Below are positions 1-10,813 of a stretch of DNA of 64,000 nt, piece after piece (within the stretch, counting starts at the first letter, position 1; each line of letters starts with the position of its first letter). Origin of the DNA: a virus (taxonomy: Duplodnaviria > Heunggongvirae > Uroviricota > Caudoviricetes); the IMG/VR virus record IMGVR_UViG_3300012984_000013, positions 13,581-77,580 of that record. One strand, given 5' to 3'. The notes below the pieces were generated by a model, which worked only from the letters and a program-made list of their open reading frames with translations, was not told the origin of the DNA and made no database searches. Made by a program: the position numbers and the translations under genes.

Positions 1-3000
1 TTTTAAAGATTTCATCTTTAAGAGTATCACCAAGTCTATTTAAATCATTGATTTCATAACCATCTTGGATTTCAGAAATACCAAGTCTTCTTAAAAGAAC
101 TTTATATCCTTCATTAATTCTCTCATTTAAAAGAGATTCGTTATTCTTAATCTCCTTATATATAGGAGATGCTTTCTCTTTTTCAGATTCTGAAAGAACA
201 ATCCATTTAGCAAATCTGCTACTGAATGTTCCTTTTTCAAAGTCAATAGGTACACCAGCATCCATGAAATCCATAGTTGCAAGTTTAGTAACCTGTGAAC
301 CTTGTGTTACTTGAGGTTTATCTTTAGATGGAACTTCAGTCTGTATGTTGATTATACTGAAAGGAATACCATTTACTTCTTTGAAGTCTTCTGTGATATA
401 TGTACCATCTGGATTATAGATAGGACTAGCCTCCCCCCCACCTACTTTTCTACCAGAGCTAAATACGGTATAATCCACTTGCTCCTTAATCATCTTTTCA
501 TAATGCTTGATTGCATTTGAATCAGGATTGATCTTATACAATACTTTATAAGAGTATGGAACAAGGGCAAACTTATCAAGAAGTATATCATTATATACAC
601 TACCATCATCTTTAGAACCTCTAACAATAGGTTTCAATGGAGTATAAGCACTCTTTACTTGAGGATCACCTTTCTCTAAAAGGTCTTTTTCTTCTTTAGA
701 TAGCTCGATATTCTTTTTATCTTTCTCAAAAGCTATATCATATCTATATTGCTCTTCTTCTCTTTCATTCCAGTTAGCTGCTCTAATTCTGAGGTTTCTG
801 TTGGCTTGCATAGTGATAATACCACCACCATCAGTTTCCTCCCAAGTACCATAGTTTTTAAGTCCAATTGTACTTCTAACATCATCAGTCATAACTGAGG
901 TTAATGAGTTAACCAAGAAGTCAGTATAACCCATGTCATCTTTAGAGTAATCTTTATTATATACCTTATGTATAGCTTCATTTACTTCTAAAGAAGCAAG
1001 TAATGGCTGACCAGGAGAGTTGAAGTTCTTAATACGCTTTAATTCATCCTTATAGAAGTATGGATCAGAATAGATTAATTTATGGAGTTCAATATTAGCT
1101 ATTATGAAATTAGCTTCAATTTGCTCCAAATTAGAGTCTAATGACTCTTCAGTAATACCATCTGCTGCAAAACCCAAGTTCTTAGCTTCTACTCCTTCTT
1201 CTCCATAAGTTATAATACCATATTTTTCAAGATTAGATCTTGTTTCTTTAGCTTTACTCTTAATAAGATTCTTAATACCTTCATTGATAGCCTTCACATT
1301 CTCTCCATAGAGTGTTTCAGGAGATGAAGTTGTATTGCTCACTATTTTACTGTGAGTTTTTTCGTCAAGAATACCCTTGAAGAAACGTAGATCATTAGAT
1401 TTTCTACCTTTCACATTAGCTATCTTTCTTCCTTCTCTGGAAACTAGAATTTCTGAAATAAAATATTCTCTGAATACGTCAAATAAGTCTTCATATCCAT
1501 ACTGTAAAGAAACAAGAGGATTACTCTTAGAGTGAAGATTAATCATCCATTCTATAGAAGCATCTCCAGGTACAAGATTCATGTACCAACCTTGTTCATT
1601 AAGGTTGATTTCTTGAATGAATCTTTCTTTCTGAGTGAATTGAGTGGATTCTTTACGTTTACCACTAGTTTCATCTACTATACCTTCAACAATACCTGTT
1701 TTAAGGATATCTTGAGTATTAGCTTTTCTATCACCAGAATCTGTAAAAATAGACTTAAGAACTACACTACCTTTAGTAAAGTTATCTTTTAAGATAAATT
1801 TAAATCTGGTATCCTGTAATTCTTCAAGGTTGTTTACTTTAGAGATAACATCATAGAAGTCACTAACTGTGTTAGTACCTATATAAGTTTGAGTCTTTTC
1901 TCCACTTATATTAAAATAAGTGCTTTCAAACTCTGGGTTAGAGAGAATAGCTTTTATAGAACCTAATTGTCTTAACCTTTTCTCAATATCAAGAGTCTTA
2001 GCATTGATATCTTTGATTCCTGATATAGAAGATAAGCTGGTTTTGATACCATCTGTAGCTTCTGTAAAGGTTCTATATTGATTAGGTGTGAGTTTATTCA
2101 ACTCTTCTTTTGTAAAAGTAACTCCTATAGCCTCCAAGAAAGCAATATATGACTCCTTTTTAGAAGGATTTAAGGTGAGTTTCTTGATCTTATCTGTAGC
2201 TGAGAACTCTTTTTTCTTAGTATCATATTGTACATATGGAGATCCACTTCTTAAGCTAGATACTACATCATTAAACATTTCATATTTAGCCTGTCTAATG
2301 ACACTGGATAAATGAGCATCTCCTACTTCTACATCACCTGATGGAAGTATGAACACTATCTTGGTATCAGCATTTTGAGCTTTCATAGCCTTCCAGAAAG
2401 AACTCAAAAGTTGAATATCATAGTCATTAGTTAATCTGGTGAAATCTACCTCATTAGGTGATTTCATTAATCTATTGTAAAGTGCCTGATAATCAGGGTT
2501 ATTTCTAGCAAAATCCCTTAATCTAGTCATCATTTCATTAATGTCTACACTATCATAGAGTTTATTCTTAAGAGTAATAAACACCTTATCTAAAGGCAAT
2601 AGGGTAGCACCTCCAATAGAAGATCTCTTTAGAGCAGGTTTGTCGTTAACTATTTGAGTAGAAGGTAAAGTAGCTAACAAAAGCTTAATCGCAGGATTAG
2701 CTTTACGGAAAGTATCTATCTTTCTAGCATCTTGATAGTCTTCTTTACCTGAATTATTTTCATCATTTACTGTAACATCATCATTTTCATCAAACTGAAT
2801 AGAGTAATTACGAAGATATTCAGAATGCTTTTTAACAAGTTCATCCCACTCATCATTTATTGCTTCATATAATACATTAAGTTTAGCAATTTGAGTATTA
2901 CCTTCTTCTTCAGTGATTCTACCTTCTTCAAATAATGTTTGATATTGTTGTGATTTCCATGAAATTAAACCAGGATTAGTCTCAGTAAGTGACAAGAAAT

Positions 3001-6000
3001 CACTCTTTAACTTAGAATATAATTCCTTTTTGTTAATCTTGGATATACCAAATAAGCTCTTATTATTCTTAATTATTTCACTGAGAGTGGTATAAGTCAT
3101 CTGTTGGATGATCTCATGTACTTGGTCATAAGGAAGCTTAATCATTCTAAATTCAGAATAATTATCTGCCTGTACAGAGTCTATATCTATAAATCCTTGT
3201 TTAGCAAAGCTTAATTGAGATTCATAAGGAATAAAAGTCTTATAATAACCGTTTCCTATTCTACTGAATAAATTAGCAGTATTTATCTGAGCCTTTTCTC
3301 CAGTGAAGAAAGACTTAAAGAAGTTGTATATATCTGCAAACAGTCTGACAATGAAAGGTTTACCTTCAGTTGGTTTAGCTGGAATCTTCTTATCCAGGAT
3401 ATAATCTCTGAACTCTTCAGCTAATTGCTCCTTAATATCAAACTCTGTAGCTTCAGAATACTTAGCTACTTTACCTGTAAACTTGTTTGTAAATGAACCT
3501 TTTCTAGCTTTAAACTCATCCAATACCGCTTTTTGCTCTATAGGATCAGTAAATGTCTTCCAGATAGACTCAAAAACCTCATGGTAAACTGTTCCTACTT
3601 CAGAAGTATTTGACAGATATATAGCCCCATTATGAAGCATACCCCATGCTTGTCTACCATTAGTAGCTCTAATTGCATTCTTTACTCTATATACAGGAAC
3701 ATTAGGGAAGTTATCAGACAACCATTTAGAAACCTTATTCCAGTTTTCACCTTCAAAAGATTTAGTTTGTTTATAAAGCTCTTCTCTATATACAGTATCA
3801 TCAGGAGCAGCTTTCTTCTTACCAAGGTTGAATATACCACCTTTTAATACTTTACTAGGTTTCTCTTCTTCCCCTTCATTATCAAATGTTAAAGAGGTTT
3901 CATCATCATCAAAAGTAAGACCTTCTGGTGCTTGACTAGTTAATTGAGGACCAACTGCATTCCTAATAGCCTTTTTAATATTTTCTTTAGCTTGATCTAC
4001 TCCTATTTTAGCAGTTAAATCAGCTAATACTTCAACTAAATCACCACCTTTAACTACCTTAATGTCTTCAAGGTTAGTACCAACAAACATGATTTTTTTA
4101 CCAGCAGGAGATACATAAGTATTGATAGTCTTACTATCTAATACAAAAGTACCTTGTGGTTTAGGTTGAACAACAGGTTTAGGTTGTGCTGTAGGTTGAA
4201 CTTCAGCATCAATATTATTGTTTAGAACAAAGTAAATAGCTTTTCTATTAGTTTGATCTGTTCCTTTTATTGCTTTAAAATTGGTAGTTAAAGGTATTTC
4301 TTCAGCTTTTCTACCTTCCTTAGAAAGGAGATAAGTCTGATAATTGCTCCATCTCTTAGTAACAGGTTTACCTTCTTTATCTATACCAGTTATTTCAGAG
4401 TATTCAGATAAAGGTTTATCAGAGTTTACTCTGGAAGCCTCTGTATTATGGTATAAATCCTGAAGTGCTGCTACAATTTCATCTTTATTCTTACTGATTT
4501 CAGAAGGAGTAAAGACAAAATCAACAGTTCCTATATATAATCTAGTTATACCTAAATCATCATCTGCAAACCATACGCTGCTAAAACCTTGTTTATTCTT
4601 AGGAATACCCCAATAAACTACACTTCTTAACCAATCAAAGAGAGGTTTAGAGTTAATAGCACCTTGTTTAGGGTTCTCATTGATATTCTTAGCTACTTGA
4701 TGAATAACGCTAAATATAGTGTTTGCTTTCTCTTTACCTATTTTATTGTTATTAAGCTTAACTAAGCCTCCAGGTACAGAGAGAAATACACGACCTAATG
4801 GCGTGTTAAAGGTAACAGATCCATTATTAATGGTAGTATTATTTGTAGCTACTCTTAATAAATGAGTAGTTTCAAGTTCTTTGGGAGAAACTAATTCAGC
4901 ATCTTCTACACTATTTACAGCATCATAGTCATTAACCAGATTACCTTTAGAATCACTCTTTTGTTCAAAAACAGGGATACCAAATGAAGCTGTAATAGGC
5001 TTCAGTATAGGTAATTGATTAGATGCTAGTGTAGCTTTTCTTTGAGCAGCATATCTATCTCTAAGTTCTTTCTCTGTTTCTTTAGGAGTAGTATCTCTGA
5101 ACATAGTCTGCATATCAGGTTTACCTGGAGTTGTAGAGAAGTTCATCTCTAGTTTTTCAGTAGGTCTTACTTGATATATAGCAGTATTAATAAGATCATT
5201 AGTGATAGGTTCACCATTCTCATCTACAAAGGAGAACTTACCATTGTTCAAATCTTTAACCATTATTACAGCAACTACTGTATTAGGGTCTATTTCTGTA
5301 CCTGATATAAGATACTGAATGAGTCCTGGAATACCAGCTTTATCTTGTGTTTTATTCGTTACTTCAAGAGCTTTTATAGAGTCTCTTTTTGCATCTGGAA
5401 ACTTGTTAAAATTAATACCAAATACATTAGCTCTTTTTTGATGAGGTTTTCCATCATCAATAGCTACTGTTCCATTAATTACAGCATTATTATCTTTCTT
5501 CTTTTCAGGTTGAAATTGAACTTCTGTATTAATTTCTACATCTTTAGTTAATGTATTGGCTAATTGCTCTTTAACAGCTTTAGATTCATTAAGATTTTCT
5601 ATTTCTAAACGAGCAGTCTTTTCTTCTGGAGTTTCCAAAAGATCATAAAATCTTAATTCTTTAGGACTTAAAGAAAATATCTCACCTGTAGGTGATTCTA
5701 CTTTAGCAGAACCATCTTCATTAATCTTTACAATTCTAACTTTAGAAAGACCTGAATAATAAGTATTTAAATTATCTCTTTCAGCTTCTGCTTCCTCTTC
5801 TGAACCATAATTATCAACAACTACATTACCAAGTTTTACTTGATATTCATCATCAGATAACTTATGAACAGATGCTTTTTGGAATTCAGTTCCAGTTGTA
5901 TAATTTCTACCTTCTTTAAAGTCATTTTTAATACCTTCAATTTCTGCAAGTTGTTCTTCAGAAGCTTCTTTTAACTTAGTTTCACTATCCTGATAGTTCT

Positions 6001-8239
6001 TAGGAGACTTTTTAATGGCGTTAAATTCAGCCATAAATTTATCTCTTCTAATAGAAAGTTCTTTAAGATCTCTTAATTCTTGTTTAAGTTCATCTTTATC
6101 AATAGCATCCATCTTATTAATGTATGCTTCTGCTTCTTTGTATCTTACCTCTCCTCCCTCTATTACAGAGCTAATTACATCAGTAACATTTACTCCTCTT
6201 AGACCTAGGTTTCCTTTTAATGCAAGTATACGTTTGTCATAGTCTGCTATTTTAGTAGCAGCGTATACCATCTTATCTATTACTTCAGGAGAATAGTTAG
6301 GATTACCTGAATATCTTAGATTAAGAGACTCATGTAAGGTATTTACATCTTTTGCAAAGTTTTCAAACTCTAACAGTCTTCCCTGAAATACTTCAGTTGT
6401 ATCATTAATTGCTCCAATGCCTTGTTGTTTTAGATTAGCAAGTCCTACATCAGACATGGATTCTTGCTTTAAATCAGCAAGATCTTGCATAATCATATCA
6501 AATCTACCATATCTCACTCTATTGGAGACATAGTTATAAGTCATATCTGTCTTAGCATCAGTAGCTTCAAGTCTATCTCCTTGTTTTACAGCAGCTTCAT
6601 ACTCCTGTTGAAGGACAACTCCTCTATTGACTGATTTTAATCTGTCTTGAAAAGCTTGTTTGAAGGTAGGTGAACCATTCAATAGAGTCAGAAACTCTTG
6701 TGTATTTCTAGCTGTTGCTCTGGATTCCTGAAATTTACTTCTAGCTTGCATTAAACCACCTGTAATACCTCCAAGAATAAGGCTTTCTATACCTTCTTTT
6801 GAATTAAGAGCACCTACATTATTTCCTCTACTGTCTGTTCCTACAAAACCATAGACAAAACCATCTACCCAAGCATCTGCATCTTGTGATAAATAAGCCT
6901 TATTATAGTAGTTTTGAGTACCTACTTGGAGAGCATATTGCCCTAATTCTTGAGCAGCTTCCTTTGGATCAAATACATACTTCAAAAGAGAAGCTTTACT
7001 TGCTATTCTTGGTGAAGTTTTAGCAAGATACTTACCTTCTTTAAGAAGAATATCATCAGTTCCTCTGATGAAATTATTAGCTGCTTGTCTAGTATTTCTA
7101 TAAGATGAGCCTAACAGATATGGTAATTGCACATATTCAGTTGCTGATAACAGAGCCATATTACCAAAAAATGCAGTTTTACCCACACTTTCAGAGAATT
7201 GTTCTATTTTCTTAAGATCATCACCTGTAGGTTCAAATCCATTATCCTTTACAAACTGAGCTATAAGGTTATTTTTATATTCCTTTGCTGTCTGTAAAGC
7301 TTCAAATGTTGCTTCACCAGCAGAAGAATATACAGCTATAGCTGTTCTCCTACCCATATCTCCTATCTTAAATAGGTTGTTTGTCTGGTTAGCTATTTTA
7401 GCTAATTCTCCAGATTTAGTAGTAAGATCAGCAATAGAAGTTAATTGAGATTCAAGAGCTTGTGCTGCCTCTATGTTCTTTCCAGCAGAGAAAGCTCTTG
7501 CTGTATTTTTAAGTAAAGGAGTGAATAGTTTAAAAGCCTGTGAAGATTCTGCTGCTATAGCAGTAGCTGATGTAGCTTCTCCTAATAGAGCACCTGCTCC
7601 TCTTAGGAAACTATTAGCAATATTACCACTTACCATTGCTCCTACAGCAAAGCCTGAGTTTTTAATCAGTTTATCAAATAGGAAGTTAGTAGTTAACCAG
7701 TTATCAGTAGAATACCAATTTGATTCTGCTTCTTTATTTGAGTAGTAGTTTGGTAGATATTCATTGTCTACTTTCTCATTCCATTCATCTAAAGTACGCA
7801 TTACATCATTATCCCAGATATCAGCAAATCTACCTGTATGAGTAGATTTAAGGGTTCCATATAACATACCAAATCCACCAGCAATTGTAGTAGCTGCTAG
7901 ATTTGCTCCTTTCAATACTCCATTAGCTGCTTTATCCCATTCAGATTGACCATAAGCTACAAAGTCTTCTTGATCTGCAATTGTAGGATTATATGTACGA
8001 TATCTCCTATTAGCATCTAATGTTGAGTTAGATACGAATACACCTTTCTCTCCAAATCCTGATGAATGACTTGCTTGTTGAAGTTTTGCAAATATATCCC
8101 CATTCTCTGAAAGATTAGGAGTAGATGCAGGAACTAATGGTTGTCTACCTGCTTTTTTAGGAGCAGCTACATCAAGTTGAAAAGGACTTGGACCATCAGT
8201 TTTTATAATAGGATTTAAGTCTTTATCGAAATCAGGCAT
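1..8239 (-). CDS. Giant virion or cargo-type protein, N-terminal >=2745 aa; ORF runs off the window start with no stop found
   Basis: ATG at 8239..8237 lies 5 nt downstream of the stop of the preceding minus-strand gene. Spot checks of the minus frame (positions = 2 mod 3) at 7741-8160 and at 1-60 show no tta/cta/tca. It is probably missing from the ORF track because it has no in-window stop. Its position distal to the tail genes resembles the crAss-like giant protein that contains the RNA polymerase; that is inference. Confidence 0.65.
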   Translation of the reverse strand, partial: MPDFDKDLNPIIKTDGPSPFQLDVAAPKKAGRQPLVPASTPNLSENGDIFAKLQQASHSSGFGEKGVFVSNSTLDANRRYRTYNPTIADQEDFVAYGQSEWDKAANGVLKGANLAATTIAGGFGMLYGTLKSTHTGRFADIWDNDVMRTLDEWNEKVDNEYLPNYYSNKEAESNWYSTDNWLTTNFLFDKLIKNSGFAVGAMVSGNIANSFLRGAGALLGEATSATAIAAESSQAFKLFTPLLKNTARAFSAGKNIEAAQALESQLTSIADLTTKSGELAKIANQTNNLFKIGDMGRRTAIAVYSSAGEATFEALQTAKEYKNNLIAQFVKDNGFEPTGDDLKKIEQFSESVGKTAFFGNMALLSATEYVQLPYLLGSSYRNTRQAANNFIRGTDDILLKEGKYLAKTSPRIASKASLLKYVFDPKEAAQELGQYALQVGTQNYYNKAYLSQDADAWVDGFVYGFVGTDSRGNNVGALNSKEGIESLILGGITGGLMQARSKFQESRATARNTQEFLTLLNGSPTFKQAFQDRLKSVNRGVVLQQEYEAAVKQGDRLEATDAKTDMTYNYVSNRVRYGRFDMIMQDLADLKQESMSDVGLANLKQQGIGAINDTTEVFQGRLLEFENFAKDVNTLHESLNLRYSGNPNYSPEVIDKMVYAATKIADYDKRILALKGNLGLRGVNVTDVISSVIEGGEVRYKEAEAYINKMDAIDKDELKQELRDLKELSIRRDKFMAEFNAIKKSPKNYQDSETKLKEASEEQLAEIEGIKNDFKEGRNYTTGTEFQKASVHKLSDDEYQVKLGNVVVDNYGSEEEAEAERDNLNTYYSGLSKVRIVKINEDGSAKVESPTGEIFSLSPKELRFYDLLETPEEKTARLEIENLNESKAVKEQLANTLTKDVEINTEVQFQPEKKKDNNAVINGTVAIDDGKPHQKRANVFGINFNKFPDAKRDSIKALEVTNKTQDKAGIPGLIQYLISGTEIDPNTVVAVIMVKDLNNGKFSFVDENGEPITNDLINTAIYQVRPTEKLEMNFSTTPGKPDMQTMFRDTTPKETEKELRDRYAAQRKATLASNQLPILKPITASFGIPVFEQKSDSKGNLVNDYDAVNSVEDAELVSPKELETTHLLRVATNNTTINNGSVTFNTPLGRVFLSVPGGLVKLNNNKIGKEKANTIFSVIHQVAKNINENPKQGAINSKPLFDWLRSVVYWGIPKNKQGFSSVWFADDDLGITRLYIGTVDFVFTPSEISKNKDEIVAALQDLYHNTEASRVNSDKPLSEYSEITGIDKEGKPVTKRWSNYQTYLLSKEGRKAEEIPLTTNFKAIKGTDQTNRKAIYFVLNNNIDAEVQPTAQPKPVVQPKPQGTFVLDSKTINTYVSPAGKKIMFVGTNLEDIKVVKGGDLVEVLADLTAKIGVDQAKENIKKAIRNAVGPQLTSQAPEGLTFDDDETSLTFDNEGEEEKPSKVLKGGIFNLGKKKAAPDDTVYREELYKQTKSFEGENWNKVSKWLSDNFPNVPVYRVKNAIRATNGRQAWGMLHNGAIYLSNTSEVGTVYHEVFESIWKTFTDPIEQKAVLDEFKARKGSFTNKFTGKVAKYSEATEFDIKEQLAEEFRDYILDKKIPAKPTEGKPFIVRLFADIYNFFKSFFTGEKAQINTANLFSRIGNGYYKTFIPYESQLSFAKQGFIDIDSVQADNYSEFRMIKLPYDQVHEIIQQMTYTTLSEIIKNNKSLFGISKINKKELYSKLKSDFLSLTETNPGLISWKSQQYQTLFEEGRITEEEGNTQIAKLNVLYEAINDEWDELVKKHSEYLRNYSIQFDENDDVTVNDENNSGKEDYQDARKIDTFRKANPAIKLLLATLPSTQIVNDKPALKRSSIGGATLLPLDKVFITLKNKLYDSVDINEMMTRLRDFARNNPDYQALYNRLMKSPNEVDFTRLTNDYDIQLLSSFWKAMKAQNADTKIVFILPSGDVEVGDAHLSSVIRQAKYEMFNDVVSSLRSGSPYVQYDTKKKEFSATDKIKKLTLNPSKKESYIAFLEAIGVTFTKEELNKLTPNQYRTFTEATDGIKTSLSSISGIKDINAKTLDIEKRLRQLGSIKAILSNPEFESTYFNISGEKTQTYIGTNTVSDFYDVISKVNNLEELQDTRFKFILKDNFTKGSVVLKSIFTDSGDRKANTQDILKTGIVEGIVDETSGKRKESTQFTQKERFIQEINLNEQGWYMNLVPGDASIEWMINLHSKSNPLVSLQYGYEDLFDVFREYFISEILVSREGRKIANVKGRKSNDLRFFKGILDEKTHSKIVSNTTSSPETLYGENVKAINEGIKNLIKSKAKETRSNLEKYGIITYGEEGVEAKNLGFAADGITEESLDSNLEQIEANFIIANIELHKLIYSDPYFYKDELKRIKNFNSPGQPLLASLEVNEAIHKVYNKDYSKDDMGYTDFLVNSLTSVMTDDVRSTIGLKNYGTWEETDGGGIITMQANRNLRIRAANWNEREEEQYRYDIAFEKDKKNIELSKEEKDLLEKGDPQVKSAYTPLKPIVRGSKDDGSVYNDILLDKFALVPYSYKVLYKINPDSNAIKHYEKMIKEQVDYTVFSSGRKVGGGEASPIYNPDGTYITEDFKEVNGIPFSIINIQTEVPSKDKPQVTQGSQVTKLATMDFMDAGVPIDFEKGTFSSRFAKWIVLSESEKEKASPIYKEIKNNESLLNERINEGYKVLLRRLGISEIQDGYEINDLNRLGDTLKDEIFK

Positions 8240-8244
8240 TGTGG

Positions 8245-10746
8245 TTATTTAATAGTTTTTATTAGTTCTTTATCTCTTTCTGACACTTGATTGTTATTCA
8301 TAAATAACTTTTTAACTTGTTCATCAGTAAGAGAACCTATAATACCAAGTACATTTTCTCTATCCATTGGAACATCTTCAAGTATAATAGATGACCATCC
8401 AGAAGGAAGTTTTAAATGTACTTCTAAAAATTGTTTATTTGAATCATTAAAGTCTTGATGAACATCTGCTGATACATTTAGACTCTTTATTCCAGGCATA
8501 TTATATCTCTTAAAATATGCATTTTCAGGCTTACTGTTTGGATTTGTTGATCCATTAAATAAAGCTTGCGTTTCTATTAGATTCTTATAAGCAGGAGAAG
8601 GTGCTCCTATATCAGGAGGTAATTGACTTACTTCTTTAGGAGTTAATGGAATTACTACTTGATCATCAGCATTAGTCATAACTAAGAATGTTTCATTTCC
8701 TTGTTGTAACTTGCTATAAATCACATCTTTACTATCTTTATTAGTAAGCCATTGTTTACCCTTTTCTACTTCATCAGAATCAAGACCTCCTTTATTACTA
8801 ATACCAAGTCCACCTAGTCTATTAAGTACAGCAGATGCCATACTATTCATTTTATCAATGAATTCAGCTTCTCCTTGTAATGTAGATATTCTTGGTATAA
8901 ATTTACCAGTTTTATCCATTATTCCTTGATTAACTGCTTTACTATATTCATTTCTTAATGTAGTAGATGTCTGTAGAACTCTTTCTGAATATGGTGCTAA
9001 TTGAGCTTTGTCTGCTTGTTCAAGTAATTGTTCTCTTTCTGTTAATATAGACTTTACAGAGGAAGCTGTCATACCTGGAGACTTAAAGGCTCTTACAAGT
9101 TTCTCCTGATAGGCAATCACTTCTTCTGGTGGAAATACTACAGTACCTTGTGGGGTATTTACTCTAACCGGAGGTAGAGAAGAAATTACTTTATTCATTT
9201 CCTGAAATTCAGGTCTTGAGGATACTTCAGCACGTACATTATCCAATGCTAATTGTTCTCTGTTAGCCTGATCTTGTAAATCAATAATCTGGTTAATAGC
9301 CCCCCTATACTGAGGGGGTATATCTTTATTTGAATTTTCAGGATGACCGCTTCTATAGTTAAGTATAGCCTCATTCAACTGATCTTCAGTTACATTAGGT
9401 AATTTAGTTAATATATTCCTTTTTAATTGGATGGCTCCATTTCTAGAATCATCTATAGAGTTTAACATTGATTGTTCAGGAGCTTTAACTTTCGTAGATT
9501 CACCTAAATAAGTCTCAAAGTTACCAGCTTCTCCATATGTTTTACGTATCTCAAATTTAAATTTATCTTTATCAAGATCAAGATTAGCTTGATCCATTAA
9601 TTGTTTCCATTTAAATTCTTCTTGATCTTGTCTAAATTTATCAAGATTAAGACCATGTTCTTTTTCCCAATGTTCTGCTTGTAGAACATAACTAGGTCCT
9701 AATTTATACTTATTATGCTCCCATGAATGGGCTGCTGCAAATTGAGTAATAGCACCATTTCTATACAACTGTGCTTTTGCCATTTCAGGATTCTGAGCAA
9801 TCATTTGTTGTTCTTCCTGTAGATCACTATACAATCTGCCGTTAAGTTCTTTATAATCGTTAATGGCATTAGAAAGCCATTTCTTCTTATTAGGATCAGC
9901 AGAGGAAAGAGTTAGTTCTCCTTCCATTTCCTTAATTTTATCTTGATTTTCTTGTATTTGACTAGTATATTTTCTACTAGATCTAAAAGCAAGAGCTTCT
10001 GGAGATATATCTCTAAAGGTATATCTACCATCAATAGATAACTGATTCAACTCATCTGGAGTTAAACTAGCCCTTAAAGCATTCTCAATCTTAGGTGCAG
10101 ATACTTTCTCAGAACTTATACTTTGAATGGCAGCCAGAGTCTTTTGATAATTTGGACTACCATCAGCATTCATTTCGTATGCTATATCTCTCTCCTGAAG
10201 ATCAGAGTGTAGTGATTTTATAACCTCCATCCATTTCTTTGATACATCTATATAAGGAGTATATACATCATTAAATGACTGTTTAAGATCAGGAGAATTC
10301 AACCATCTAGCTGCTTTAGTATTAAAATCCCATTCATTTTGTACAGAAGATTTGCCTTCTTTTTTGGCTGTTTCAAGGTTACTTACCTCTTTTCTATACT
10401 TATTTGTGGATAAAACAGCATTTTGAATGTTACTATCTTTCCCAACTTGGGAAATCATCCCACCTACGGAATTAGTTAGTTGAAAGTTAGAGAAGTCAGC
10501 AGCAGCAAATCTCTTAACATTTGATCCTACCTCATTTAACTTGGATTGCAAGTATTGTTTATCGATATCCCTGATAACATCCAAACCTGCAATATTATCA
10601 ATTTGAGATTGAATTCTCTGGACACCTTGATCATATTGCATTTGCTTCTCTCTTCCAACGATTGACATCTCTTCAATCAGTGGAGCCTGAGAAACATAGG
10701 GTTTAAAGTTAGTTAATACTTCTGTATTTTCAATAAATGAAGCCAT
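8245..10746 (-). CDS. Large virion-associated protein (833 aa), function unknown
   Basis: Intact 833-aa ORF in the late minus-strand operon, tightly spaced with its neighbours; Q/E/K-rich and predicted helical. Confidence 0.6.
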   Translation of the reverse strand: MASFIENTEVLTNFKPYVSQAPLIEEMSIVGREKQMQYDQGVQRIQSQIDNIAGLDVIRDIDKQYLQSKLNEVGSNVKRFAAADFSNFQLTNSVGGMISQVGKDSNIQNAVLSTNKYRKEVSNLETAKKEGKSSVQNEWDFNTKAARWLNSPDLKQSFNDVYTPYIDVSKKWMEVIKSLHSDLQERDIAYEMNADGSPNYQKTLAAIQSISSEKVSAPKIENALRASLTPDELNQLSIDGRYTFRDISPEALAFRSSRKYTSQIQENQDKIKEMEGELTLSSADPNKKKWLSNAINDYKELNGRLYSDLQEEQQMIAQNPEMAKAQLYRNGAITQFAAAHSWEHNKYKLGPSYVLQAEHWEKEHGLNLDKFRQDQEEFKWKQLMDQANLDLDKDKFKFEIRKTYGEAGNFETYLGESTKVKAPEQSMLNSIDDSRNGAIQLKRNILTKLPNVTEDQLNEAILNYRSGHPENSNKDIPPQYRGAINQIIDLQDQANREQLALDNVRAEVSSRPEFQEMNKVISSLPPVRVNTPQGTVVFPPEEVIAYQEKLVRAFKSPGMTASSVKSILTEREQLLEQADKAQLAPYSERVLQTSTTLRNEYSKAVNQGIMDKTGKFIPRISTLQGEAEFIDKMNSMASAVLNRLGGLGISNKGGLDSDEVEKGKQWLTNKDSKDVIYSKLQQGNETFLVMTNADDQVVIPLTPKEVSQLPPDIGAPSPAYKNLIETQALFNGSTNPNSKPENAYFKRYNMPGIKSLNVSADVHQDFNDSNKQFLEVHLKLPSGWSSIILEDVPMDRENVLGIIGSLTDEQVKKLFMNNNQVSERDKELIKTIK

Positions 10747-10813
10747 GTGACAAAGTTAATTTAATAAATTATATATACCAAACTGTATAACTAAAAAAAG
10801 TAAAGTATTATAA

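Noticed and set aside
302-7745. Plus-strand ORFs 302..520, 1532..1792, 2088..2315, 3632..3847, 5345..5551, 6015..6242, 7473..7745
   Set aside because: They lie antisense within the giant minus-strand ORF, are short, and have low-complexity or odd composition. Treated as spurious.
1-8244. No ORF >=60 aa reported on either strand for 8.2 kb, which initially suggested stop-codon reassignment (as in some crAss-like and Lak phages) or a huge non-coding region
   Set aside because: Manual reading shows a single open minus-strand frame from ATG 8239 to position 1 with no in-frame TAA/TAG/TGA in the segments checked. All other late genes are long intact ORFs in the standard code. The ORF is probably missing from the track because it has no stop inside the window.
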